50,524 nt of DNA, filler included, from Catajapyx aquilonaris (GCA_000934665.2; 3 parts of 3 records of this genome joined end to end with filler, not necessarily neighbours in it); one strand, 5' to 3'. Shown: positions 10,621 through 22,671, counted from the whole stretch's first letter. Notes: generated from the letters alone by a model not told the origin. A program made the numbers and translations.

Positions 10621-12774
10621 TTATTCCATTGGAATGTAAAGGTTTTTGAGCAAAGTCGATTGTGAGCTTGGAACTTGTTTCCCTCCATGAGAAATTTCCT
10701 TTCCTGTTATGGCCACATAACCCACAGCCACATTCCTGCAGATATTAGTCATCATCTGCTGGTACTCCACTAAACCATTGCACTGTTGCATGATCCTACA
10801 GATCCCCTGCACAAAGGTGCTCCCATGGAGTGTGGATTTAAATGATCTGCATCCAGTACCAGTTGCTAAGGCCAAGTGCATATCTGGTTCAGTCAATCTC
10901 TTCAGCATGGAATCAACACCACTGCTGTAGGTTTGAATCTGTGCAACACCCATAATCTTCCTTTGGTCAATGATTGCATGATGGGACCTTTCAGATCTCA
11001 AAAAGGCTACCGGCTCCCCTTGGTCAGTATGTGGGCCACGACAAGCCTGTAAGAGCAAAAGGGGGGTTAGGTTTTTTCTAACATGCAGATTCCGTCACAT
11101 TTGTTAGTAAGAAATAGGAAAAATAGGACAAGTGTGTTGCTATAGTAAGCTTTCTGTGCAATAAAAGGCTAACAATTCTGACTATTGCTCGTTTGTTGGT
11201 CAGGTCACAAAATATGATAAAGTTGGTGAAGGACTACTGTAAATGCTGATGGGGTAACTAGTGCAGTTATTATTGAGGCAAAATAGGTAATGCTATTCTT
11301 CAAATAGTTTAAAGTTCTAATGACATTACCGTTATTGTCATACTAAGAAATTCACAATAACAATGGGGACAAAAATGTCATCGTTGTTATTATTATGATA
11401 AAGGGATTGCTGTCACCAACATTACATTTCAAATTAGTTCAGATCCTGCCACTTTTTCCAACATGAAATTATTTTGAATTATTAAATTACCTAAACCATT
11501 CACTGTCATGATCCAGATACAATCATAATTTTTTACAGCATCATTTCCACATACAATCCTTTCCCATGTAAACAGCATATTCTTACCTGCACAATAAACA
11601 ATTTAGGCTTTCCTTTCAAGGAAGGGCAGTTCTCATCACTAAATGGCATCCAGAGCTCCTTTAGCTCATACATGCCATCGTTTGCACTCAGTTTTTCATC
11701 TGTTCCATGAGTCAATACGACAATGACCAGAAGGTCATACGCCGAATGGTCTTCATCAGAAGCAACTGCATAAAAAAGGCCAAACTTCACATTAAAACGG
11801 GAAACATAACTTTCACAAACAAACTCAGCTGCATTACTAATCCTGAGTGTATAATTAATTGGAAAACGGTTAATATTAGACATACACATATGTAGTATCA
11901 GGCTTACAAACCTGCAAGCGATGTCACTTACTAACAGCCTTTATACGCAGTAGTCTCACTTTACATGCAACAGAATGTTGTCCCAGCAACTAACTAAACA
12001 CCAACTAAATAACTGATTATCGCACCTTGATTCAACTTGTCGATGATATCCTGGAAGTCACAATCCCTCATGATGTACACGTCAAGTCCCATCCGGGTGA
12101 AGAGATTGAACAGGTTTTTCTCATCCACCTCAGTACCTTCCCTCTCGTCCAGTACCTCATGAAACCTGAACAAATGGTTCAGTATAATGGCTTTCCCACG
12201 CTTCTGTCGTTGCGAGGTCAGAGGCCGCATCAGGTATTCAGAATCTTGCATGGGAGCCTCGTACTGCAGCTGGCTCCCAGTCCCACCATCTGATTCATCA
12301 GCACCAGGCGACTCAGCTCCTGTATATTGGAAGCTGTAGTTATGCACCAATTACAAGTATCACACAAGAAACATTGCACGCTGAGGCTCAAACTTATGTT
12401 CTAAATGAAATTGCCTTACCAATGAGTGAGACAAAGATTGTAAAAATTATATGAGACATGCATTGCAGATATATTCAGGGTTATGTTCCTTACGACTAAT
12501 ACCGGTGGCAACATGGTGCACGTCACCAGTGCTGGTTGACGACCCTGCCGGCTCCTCACCTGGTTGTCCATTTTCCTGCAACAATAATTTTTGCAAATAT
12601 AAACTGAGCAAAACTGAGTAAAACTAGAAGTAAAACCCTGGTAAAACTAACTCATGTTGACCCGCATGCACGTAATGCTTTTATTGAGATTCTGCCTAAT
12701 TTTCTCTTACCTTTCCTGATTGCAATGCACTCTCTGCAAATGATGAAGTACTTTTCGGTCCAACTCACCTGCAT
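10621..12774 (-). CDS. Caspase (effector-like, divergent), CaspB (~328 aa; exons 12774-12769, 12575-12494, 12319-12026, 11765-11587, 11046-10621)
   Basis: Motifs RGKAIILNH, REGTEVDE, LTHG, CPSLKGKPKLFIVQ|ACRG, QVPSSQSTL. Intron positions and phases match CaspA. The N-terminal exons (ATG CAG|gtgagt, then ENGQPGEE...) fit frame but have alternative donors. Confidence 0.87.
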
Positions 12775-13650
12775 TTTTTGGCGAAACACGTGCGATTCAA
12801 TTCGCCAAAAGTTTTGAGCAAAATTAATCAGGTACGAAATAGTGACACCGGCTTCCGAGAGTGGCGCCTCTGCCTGATATGTTCAGCTGTTTTCAAAAGC
12901 TCTCCGCCAGATGGTGTTGGCATCACGACTTGTTGAATAGTTTAATCCAGACGCGGGAGTTGGTAAATACAGTACTGTATTGTTTACTATCAACTTGATT
13001 GATCTAATATATTTCCGCCTTCAACAAATGCACGTACGCTTGCAAATTTGGAAGTCAATTATGTAACAGATTTTGCATGAGTTCAATGGCGATTTTATGT
13101 AGTTAAATTCAAATTATAAATAAGCTACTCTGCAAAAATAAAGTTGTTAGTCGATATTTTAACGCATAACCAAAGGCACAAATTATTTTTTGAATTCTCA
13201 AATAGCTTAAATTTTGATGTAAACTGAATTTTTCCCATTGAAAGTCATCAAAAAATTCCAACTTGAAAAAAACATAGTTTTATCAAATCATCAATTATGC
13301 ATGTTTTTGGCGTAAGGGTGACAATATTTTCACCTAGTATCTACATCGGTGCAGGAATACTTAATAAACTGACAGCAATAACGACAGCATTTGGGCTTGT
13401 TAACAATCATGTTTTATTTTCATTCCAAATATTTTCTCCGCAAATTTCATGGAAATTAAAAACTTAGCGGCATAATAGAAAAAAAAAATTAAAGGTATAG
13501 CAAAACAGTGTTCTAATTCAAAGTACACACTGAACATTGGATTAGAGGGACGATACTGTTTTGATATGCACAATGTGGCTATATCCTGTAGTAGTGGCAT
13601 GGATCCAGTTTAACAAGTTCTGTCTGGGGGTAGACAGGTACCTTGCATAT

Positions 13651-14260
13651 CAAAATCAAATCAAATCAAATCAAATCAAATTTATTGATACTCCCCCCAA
13701 ATGGAACTGGCGTTCCATAGTAGGGGGGGGACTCACATATATAGTAACAAATAACAAATGTTGTCGAAACCGAGCACTCTACAAAACAATATCACAATAT
13801 TTCAATAACTTATAGGCATCTTTGAAAAAATTATACAAATTAAGAATGTCAGGTTTAGAACAACCACAGAAAACATGATGGAATTTATTTGGTGGCGCGG
13901 AAGGCTTATCACTTAGGTAACGCTGTCTACAATTTTTTAAAAAGCGACAAGAGTAAAGAAAGTGATGCAAGTTAAAGAAGGAGGAGGATCCATTACAAAG
14001 AGTACAGAACTGAATATCATCGAATCTAACAACATATCCATCTAACCAAAAAGTGTTAGAATTGTTGCGCAGATTCGTTAATAGACGTAATGCAGGGAGG
14101 GGGAGGCCCAAGTGAAAATGTTGTTCCATCATGTAATCAAGTTTAATATATTTATAGTGGGTATAGCGAGAAGTTGAATCTTCCAAGCGTTTGAGGTCAG
14201 TATCTACTGTGTATCCAATAAAAGTGGTAAGGAGGTCCACGAAATTGATTTTATCTCTGT
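13651..14260 (-). mobile_element. 5'-truncated non-LTR retrotransposon (LINE) between CaspB and CaspC
   Basis: 14-bp TSD GGTACCTTGCATAT (13637-13650, 14261-14274), (TTTGA)n 3' tail, AATAAA and a 3' stem-loop (~13692-13731). ORF 13779-14240 encodes a LINE ORF2 C-terminus with a CTLC...H...C zinc motif, related to 29505-29837. Confidence 0.88.
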
Positions 14261-14682
14261 GGTACCTTGCATATGAAAATGCTTGAGAACTATAGAAGTA
14301 GAGGAAGTCCAGGAGTGGCGATTGGATAGAGGCTGCAGTTGATGAGGTGGGCCAAAGTGGAGGATGCAGGAGGAGAGGAGGCAGAAGGAGCTGCTGGGAT
14401 GGGCCTGGTTGTAGATGAATAATGGTGAGACGGAGTGCTATAGATGAAGAAGATGACTAGGAGGATCGACAGTCTGGTTGGAAGTGGGGTGGCTTAAGGA
14501 AGATGGGGGATTTGCGGCTGCACATGATGCCGGACTTGGTGCTGTGGTCTGCGGTTGTGTGACTGTTGTCAATTATGTTCATACCTGTCTTGCTGTTGCA
14601 AATAAATAGTGTTTTTTGGGCTGTACGGCATTATAGGCTGGGTCAGCCTGTGGCTCTCTCTCAGTCTCAAGTATACTCATTG

Positions 14683-15884
14683 TTAACAACTATGGGTTCG
14701 ATGTGGCGACCGTAGGAGATTGTTTCTTGTAGATGGTAAATGGTAATCTCGCACGCCGACCTTCTTTTCCAGTGAAATTATCAAGGGCCTAACCAATGTG
14801 GAATACATGTGGGGCATTTGTTTAACACCAGCTTTATCAAGCTGGGTGAGGTAGGTTGGGATGGCATTGTAGTTGAGGGCGATGTTTCTGCTGACAGTGG
14901 TCATGACCCACCCATAGTCCAATGGCTCCGGGGAGTACTCCATTGTCCGGCACAGCTGCTGTATGAAAATGCTGCCCGTGGCACTGTCACGGAACGACAC
15001 GTAACCCAATGTTGTCGCGTATGCCACGTGCATGTCTGGACTGGTCGGCTTCTCGGCCAGCCAATGGCTGCCAGTGCCGGTCACCTGGTGAAAGGCCGGG
15101 TCAGACTGGTCCAGCTGCCCTGGGGCTGGCTGGTCACCCGACCGTCCCAGGACGAGCAATTGACCCATGTCCTTATTTAGGCCACGGCAAGCCTGAAATG
15201 ATGTGACATTTAAGAATGAAGGTCTTGTGTGATGAATCATGAGCTTTACGAATCAGGTTAACAAATAATACCCATGTTACAAAGCATAATCTAAAGTATC
15301 ATCAGTCTGTCAATAGGGCATGACATCACAGTATGGTTCATGTGGCTTACAGTGATTTGAGTGACAATATAAAATTGGGCTGCTTTATGAACTGAATCGT
15401 GATGTTCACGTGATTGGCTTGTGGCCCACTAACTAAAAGGATAAATCACTTAACATACGCACTAGATATTTGTCATTAGCAGTTCCCACTCTTGACATGA
15501 AAAGAGTGGCCAATGTAAAGATAGTGCATTGAAGGAGCAGGACATCATATTTGACATCCGCGTGACTGACCATGACACAAAAAAATGTTAAACTTCCATT
15601 ACACACGTATTTTAATTGAGCAAGCAAGTTCTGTGATACACTTGCCAAGATATGTTACACATCATATTTGATGTCAAATATGTGAGTAATGAGGATGCAG
15701 AAGCCTACCTGTATGATGAACAACTTCGGTTTCCCGGCCAAAGAGGGGCAAATGTGGTCCTCGAATGGAACCCACAGGTTCCTGACACTGTACGTGCCAT
15801 CATCGGCTACGAGCGTGTCCTCGAAGCCGTGAGTGAGGACGACCACGACCAGAAGGTCGTTGCCCGAGTGATCCTCCCGTGACA
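14683..15884 (-). CDS. Caspase CaspC, 3' two exons only (15884-15709, 15192-14683); close paralogue of CaspA
   Basis: Motifs LTHG, CPSLAGKPKLFIIQ|ACRG, SFRD, QMPHMYSTL. Exon 15884-15709 is 176 nt like the CaspA equivalent. No upstream ALIFNH exon was found before the gap at 16788. Confidence 0.8.
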
Positions 15885-16093
15885 CTGCAAGAGGCCAATT
15901 CAATTGGTTTTTAGGTTACTGAATCATGTGACCATAGACATAACCAACACACTACCTTGCAAGTGCGAAAGTGTACAATGACTAACAGTAAGTGCTATTT
16001 TCCCAAAGACAACAAGCAAAACTTTTTTAAACAAAAATAATTGTGGGTAGTGCTTCTAACCCTGTCAGTGTGGGTACAAACCCTTTGACCTCT

Positions 16094-16372
16094 ATTTATT
16101 TTTTATTGATTGGTGTTACATTTTGGTGCCTATTCATTCGAATCGCCCGGGCCCACAGGCAGGATGACAAGAGAGGATGTGCAATGTGCAGTGCAAAGTT
16201 TCCAAGACGGTACACAATTTGTGAACTCCCCCGGGTGGATATGTCTAACAGAAAATACACCCGACATGAAGCCAGAGACGACCCAACTCTGCACAAGGCC
16301 CTGGGCTGGGATCGAACCCGGGACCTTAACATCCACGGACGCATGCGTTACCGCAGGGCCACTTCGCCTCCC
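16094..16372 (-). mobile_element. tRNA-derived SINE-like element
   Basis: Minus-strand head with A-box-like TGGCCCTGCGG and B-box GGTTCGATCCC in a tRNA-like T-arm context (GGTCCCGGGTTCGATCCCAGCC), a ~200-nt body and an A-rich tail (AATAAAAAATAAATAG). No clear TSD. Confidence 0.6.
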
Positions 16373-16787
16373 TTAAGGAAATCTCATTAGATATGCCAGG
16401 AGGCAATTCATGCTCTTCAATAATAATTTCAACATTGTTCTCTAATAGCCTAATGCGAGTTCCTGGGTACCAGAAAATCACTCTACCTAGAGGCATCACT
16501 TGGCCTCTGAAGACTTCCAACAATGAGCACCTTCTATGTCGCAAATACAGCTTACAATAATTCGTCCATGTCTCAGTGACTGCCTGCCTGCGGCTGCACC
16601 TAATGAGATTACAGTTTTAATTGGAAAAACTTGTTGATGCATATAAGGGCCTGCAGAGCGTTCACACGTATTTTATTATGATGTTCATGACAGCAGCTGG
16701 ATATATCACATGGAGCTGAAGGAATAAAGTGCGTAATGGCTGGTAGTGGTAGTTATTGTCAGGTTCAAGGCTACTCCATTGGGATGT

Positions 16788-16887
16788 NNNNNNNNNNNNN
16801 NNNNNNNNNNNNNNNNNNNNNNNNNNNNNNNTTAATTAATTAANNNNNNNNNNNNNNNNNNNNNNNNNNNNNNNNNNNNNNNNNNNN
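16788..16887. other. Assembly gap (100 nt) with artificial TTAATTAATTAA linker
   Basis: N-run with a six-frame stop linker at 16832-16843. Confidence 0.97.
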
Positions 16888-17197
16888 GAATAGCGGCAGT
16901 CTGGACCCGAGATGGCCGACTTCCGGTTTTGGACTTTTCCTGGTGGTTTCAGAGGAGGGCCAATTTTTGTACAAAATTTGGGATATGTACGATAACTGGA
17001 ACTGGCCAATCTTTTTGATTATCGCCACCCCTATATATATATATATATGAATGGGAAGAAAAAACGCCTATTTTGGCCCGCTCCTGTTGTGGACCTAGTG
17101 GTCCAATTTTCACGACAATTTATTTGTATGGTCCCCGGGTGTGCCCCATCGTCGTATTAAAATTTCAGACTTGGAGCATTTTCCTGTGCCGAACTAG
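16888..17197. mobile_element. Possible Helentron/DINE-like non-autonomous element fragment
   Basis: Internal (TA)n microsatellite (17031-17048), AAATTTCA motif and terminal CTAG. The pattern resembles Helentron-associated elements, but the left end lies in the gap. Confidence 0.25.
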
Positions 17198-17489
17198 AAA
17201 ATGCCGAAGTGTAGAGTACGAGTTGGCTCCAGTAAAGATACACGGCAGCGCGAGACGAGAGAGTGGTGGAGAGAAGGGGCTAAAGTGCGGGTCGGATCGG
17301 AGGCGGTGGAAGTGGCTGAGACTTGGCGGATGCACTGCCGTGCATCTTGATAGCCCTTAACTAGGTATTTGCGTTCCCTAGCGTACACCTTATTTTCTTG
17401 ATGCTCGCCAAATTCCTGTCATTTCCTGCTTTTGTATAACTGTGGAATGTATCTCATCGACGGCCTGATGCTCTTCTGGACTCACCTTA

Positions 17490-18715
17490 GAAAGAAGAGA
17501 TTGACTTTTACTTTGGGAAGACATACCTACATGTAAAACAATACACTGGCACCAGCACATTCACGACTCACCTTCAAGAACTGAGCCCTCAGCAGAGCCA
17601 GCCATCTCCGAATCTTCCAAAGTTTGTTCGTCTTCTTTTCATCATCAGTAGCAGCCATGTTGTTAACAATGCAACAAGATTTTCTCAAATGTATTTCTTG
17701 GCATCACATCAGACACAGCTGTGTATACAAGTCTCTTCTCCCAGTATGAGCGGATGCTGGGCAGTTGGGCAAGACCCATTCGCAAATAAATTCCAAGGGT
17801 TTGTTCGAGAACTTCAACGCTGATGGTAAACGCTGACGAAGCGTCTTTATGCACACTGTACACGTTTTGTTTCTTCCACAACTATCTGCAACATCTGATC
17901 AGCGACGAATTGTTTCCAGTACTGGTACGGAGTTAGGAGTCCATCGGGGGATAGCAGCCCCTCAACACCCAATAATGGAGCATCAGGGGGGTCCATTCGA
18001 AGTGCACCGGCCTTGCTTCCCTCAGCTTAGCTGCCAACGCTGAGAGTGGGATGTTGTCCTCTGATTCATACCCATCATCACCTTGTGCTGTGTCCCCGTT
18101 GCCGTCATCTTGTTCTCCACCAGCATCTATTGATCCGTCTAGTGCGTCCTCCTCATCACTCTTATCTCCATCTTCAAAGTCACTCAGATCATAATCATCT
18201 AGGACCTCCAACATGTTCACAACGTCCAACACACCACCTCCATGTCGGGCCCTCTACAAGTTACCGGTACATATTAGTCACTGTCACTGTATTATGTTTT
18301 ATCCATTTTACTTGTGTTGTAATGAACAACAGGTAACCTCCTCCAAAAAAAGTCACTGGGACTAAATATTAAAGTGGACTTTAATGCCCAGTGTTGCGCA
18401 TGTGCAACATGCTCTTTCCAACTGTAGTTAATTCCACAGTTTTAAATATTTTACAGTGAAATGGATGTTTAACGATAGAGCAAGTCTTTATCAGCGCATG
18501 CATAGCCATAAGTAGGCCGATGAAGCATAATTACTTAGTGGAATTTTCGGATTCCGTACCTGTGTTTCGAGGCCTGCAGAAGTGCCTCCACAGCAGATCA
18601 CAACATATTTACATGTCAGACAGTCATAAAAATCTCTTTATTCGCCAAACTTGTCAGCAGCATTTCCAGACTAGGCTGCTCATATTCTGTACAGCTCAGT
18701 TGAGAAAAATTACCA
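17490..18715 (-). mobile_element. Degenerate piggyBac (PGBD-type) transposase 5' part with subterminal region
   Basis: Acidic N-terminus (DDYDLSDFEDGD...), then TPYQYWKQF, LGIYLRMGL..LPSIRSYW, MPRNTFEKI, KLWKIR, with frameshifts/stops. 18518-18715 recurs at 29151-29348, where it continues to a CCC-type terminus. Confidence 0.8.
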
Positions 18716-19079
18716 CACAACACTCAACTCAAACCAGGAATCAACAAACAAAAGAGAGAGAGAAAAAAACAATCGACTACCCAAAAGGAAACACCCGAAC
18801 GACGGCCCCACCACCAAAAGGGAAAAAGAAGAGTGAACATTGAACTGGAGAGTTTTTTTTTTTTATGAACAAAAATAAAAACTTAGAAAAAAAATGAGAG
18901 GAGCAGCAGCTCACGCCCCGGCTCCTACTGCTGCTGCATTCTGCGGGTCGCTGGTCCCCAGATGACCAGCCCGTCCCCTCCAGCCGGCTACCTCCGTCCG
19001 CATGATGTCCAACTGCCACCTCAAGGCTCGGATCTCCTCCCCAACAACTGCGATGGCGTCAGGTGGGGCCGCGCCCAAC

Positions 19080-20170
19080 ATCAGTATTGGTGTTTGTTCG
19101 GGAAGATTTACGAGAAAATCCTTCCCGATTGTTCCTGGCTTCTTGCGCCTCTTCTTAAAGTTGGCCAAGGGGCACAAGCATGTTTGATAGTACCTGTGAT
19201 CCAACAATGACGCGATGGATTACTTTATGTAAGTTGTATATACATTTGTACTTAATTAAATTACCGTATTGTTGTATGAGAGAGAGAAAGAATGAGAGTG
19301 AGGAAGTTGGTTACATACCTGTGCTCCATGAATCAGGATTTTGTGGACACTATAGCAGGCATGTTGTACCATGGGTACAGCTCAACGAAGAGATGTGCTG
19401 TAGCAATTGCAAATTCATCAAAAGCCTCTTCATTTATATCATATCCACTTGTCAGGGAACATAATATGGTCGAGAAGCGTGTGATGAGGTTTTCATCGAT
19501 AGCAGTTATTGCTGCAGATTTGGCAGCATCGTTGAAGAAACGACGGGCAGTGTTCCCGTCGTTACTGCTACCACTACCTCCTGGCTTAGGTTGATCCACA
19601 TTCAGACCCATTTCAATCTTGGAGATGTTGGATGTGCTTCTTATTTTGCTTGAGTTTAGCTTGATCTTCCTTCCCACGTACCTGCCACTTCTTAATGTTG
19701 AGGCGGTATGCCACATGTAGCAAGCATTCGAAGCACCTAATCCAGGCATGAAGAGTGGATAATCCAAACCTAAATGTGGAAGAGTCCACTTTCCTCTTTC
19801 GAGCCTCCTCAACACTGTTCATATCCTTGGGACTGGCTACACAAATGTAGCACTTCTGGGTCGATGTTGTTGCCGTCAGTGAATTGCACACTTTGCCGTC
19901 AACCATGGTTAGCAGCATTGTATGACTGACGACAGCCTGCAACCCATTCTGAACAGTAAACCGCGAAGGAAGAAGTTTCCTTATTTGCTCCTCTACATTT
20001 TGAACCTCCCCCTGCACCAAAGCTGGTGTTTCTTTCCGGAATTGAAAACTAATTGGCCTGCAAAACCTGCATGAAGATGGCCTAGGGTTTTGCCAGACCA
20101 AAATGCGTTCAGGCGATTTAGGGTCCCCTGAAATGAGCTGAATTGGCACCATAGACGTCAGAAATAACTC
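19080..20170 (-). mobile_element. Degenerate Transib transposase (RAG1-core related), 5'-truncated, with one intron (19318-19194)
   Basis: Motifs WQNPRPSS.RFCRP, TMVDGKVCN (2nd Asp), CYIC, FGLSTLHAWIRCFECLLH, GSSNDGNTARRFF, YPWY.MP..HKILIHG|...GQL*EEAQEARN (catalytic Glu region). Frameshifts and an in-frame TAA are present. Confidence 0.9.
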
Positions 20171-20481
20171 GAGAAGCACTTCTTCTTACAGAAGCACAGG
20201 ACTGGACTGAAGACCTTTCCAGGAACTTCAGTTCCGCTCACACTCACGTAGGATTTCCCCTAGTTGTGGAAAATGTGCCAAAATGTGGAGGTCAGTGAAC
20301 TGTCAAAGCGGAAGAAATTTGCACCACACATGCGTGACCATAGGCCTACCTTATTGTTTCGCCTCTTTCTGGTGTTACGGTCCCACTCCTCTGGACAGGC
20401 TTTCCGTTTGCGTCCTAATCTGGCTTCTTTTTTGTTATGTCTCTGACTTCCCGAAGAGAAAAAACCTTCGGAGTCAGCCAT
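20170..20481 (-). mobile_element. N-terminal fragment of a probable Sola-like transposase, spliced (intron 20349-20260)
   Basis: GRKRKACPEEWDRNTRKRRNNK|GKSYVSVSGTEVPGKVF...CFCKKKC joins in frame across a GT-AG intron. Family assignment is from recall of the motif only. Confidence 0.45.
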
Positions 20482-22671
20482 CTTGAGTGAGGCGATAGGG
20501 GGCGAGGTAGCGCTAGTCTCTGATGAGTTTGAGAAGCGCGCATCTTCACTTCCCGATAGATGGGGAAACATGCAGAGTGTATGCAATTTATGCAAAAGAT
20601 GGCAGTATATGTAAAGCACCCATTGCGAGTGATTGTATTGAAACATAGGTTTATGGAGATACCCACTTATTGCAGACAGCTCCTCAATTGACAAAATCTG
20701 CCAATATCGAGAAAATCTTACCGGTAATCTCAGCCGAAACAGATGGATTTTCAAAGAATCGCCTAGCCGTGTTGCCATCATTAATTAGATGCCCCGGCTC
20801 CAGGATTTGGGACTTCTACAATAAGTCCCAAACGCGAACGGAATGCCTCTTTCTTCTTTTTGGCTGCCAATAACTCGCTGCTTCCATCTTTGGCACTTTG
20901 CTATAATAGTGACGTGCAACATTTTAAAATTTAAACCGGTTAGAGTAATCCAAGTGTTTAGAGCAATCATTATAATGGGACACACTACCATCCACTTCCG
21001 AAAGTCCATCCTGTAGGGTACGTGCAAGAGGCACTCGAAGAATCTGATACGAGCATGGAGAGGAGAGAGGCCAAATCCAGTGAGGGAGGTCCACAGTTAC
21101 TCTTCTTCCGAACCATCTTCTGCTCCGCTCTCCGCTCCATCTTCCGCAGGTATCAGGAAGTCAGGGACGTGTCCAAATACTTCGAAGGGGACGTGAAATG
21201 GGATGAATGCAGGATGGGCGTCTTGTCCGCTGTAGTTGGTCCCAGATAGCATAAGCTGGCCGAAGTCCATAGTGCATCGCATGGCGGCTAGGAAAGTACC
21301 ACGGGAAGAACAGAGACTCACACCACCAATAGGTTCAGCCGGAATTATGCTTCTCCTATCTTCACCGTCAAAGAGGTCCGTCCCAGAGGTTGAATGGAGT
21401 GGTCATCGGCAACTCGTAGAGTGGTCCGTGGCTCAGGGACAAGGGGTGGCTACTCCTCAATAGGGATGGAATGCCATACCCGCAAGTCGATGGCTGAGGA
21501 TACAGCCCCGCTACGAGCATACAGGGCCCGCAGGGAAATACGTGTGAATCAAAAGGAAAGGACATTTAAATCCCACTTCGGGCGCCACGTTATGTGACCG
21601 AAATGAGGTCAAAGGAGAGAGAGAGCAAAAAGGGGCGTAGGTAGCAAAGACGACAAATGGGTATTAAAGCGGTACGTACAAGGTAAGGGAGGAATGACGT
21701 ACACGGTTTAGTTAAGCTCACTATTCAGTATTGGCACAGCGTTAATTACAGACACTAGAGGTACGGGGGTGAGGAGTAGGAAGTTGGGAGGTCAGTTATG
21801 AGTGGAGGGAGTCAAGGCAAAAGACCTCGAGCTCTGTCTTCACCCTGTACTTATAGGTCCTGTTCCCCAAGGGTTATTCTGGGGTTAACGGCTGGGGGAG
21901 GACACCGGATGTGGTGGGGAACCAGGGGGTGTAGAGAAGGCATAAAGGACTTGATTAGGGGGGGAATGAGGTGAGGGAAGGGGTCATGGTAGGGTCAGAG
22001 GCTGGGAGGAGGGCACCTGATGTAGCAATGGGGTGGTTGGAGGGAGGAGAGGGCAGGAAAGGACTGATTAGGAGGGTGAGGGTGGAAGAGGAGGTTATTG
22101 ACCGGTATAGTATGTTTAAATGTCTTCCATATATTTAGAGCCAACCGTGAAATATCAACGAAACAAAATGAGAGGGTGTTATGGAAGGGATGACAAGAGA
22201 GGTGATGACCAGTGGCCTCCGCTAGGGGAGGAGACCAAAGGCCTCGAACATAGGAGCATACCAGCTTAAATTGGGTGTCGCAATGCATTGTGGGTGGAGT
22301 GGAACAAAAAGAACAGTATGGCACATACACATAAGATACACAAAGCAAATAATTCCAAACTGTACACACTTGGTCAAAAGAGAGAGGTCACATATCCATT
22401 GCAAGTGGGCAAGTGGCGGCGGAATGAAGTCGAGGACGAGCGACTGTTTTCCCAATAGTGTTGTCCGGTGTTGTCATCAGTGAGACGGAGAGGAACCAGG
22501 GCAGTAGTAAATAAACTTTCATCTGAAGAAGCAGTACTTCCTTATTTCCATTTCTGCTTATATCGGGAGTGACCCGAGCTGCCATCAAATCCCCACTTGC
22601 AAGTACAGAGTGCAAGTCGTTGGAGACTCAAAAGGAGGCAACATTTCCAAAATCCTGGTGGTAGTGTGATG

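Noticed and set aside
14281..14585. Ser/Pro/Thr-rich minus-strand stretch downstream of CaspC
   Set aside because: Stops in the frames I read and no convincing exon; likely 3' UTR or a decayed repeat.
16295..16372. tRNA gene
   Set aside because: A and B boxes are present, but there is no pairing acceptor stem and it continues into a body and A-rich tail, so it is treated as a SINE head.
21000..22620. Purine-skewed region with several short ORFs
   Set aside because: Probably a decayed retroelement, but no diagnostic motif could be identified.
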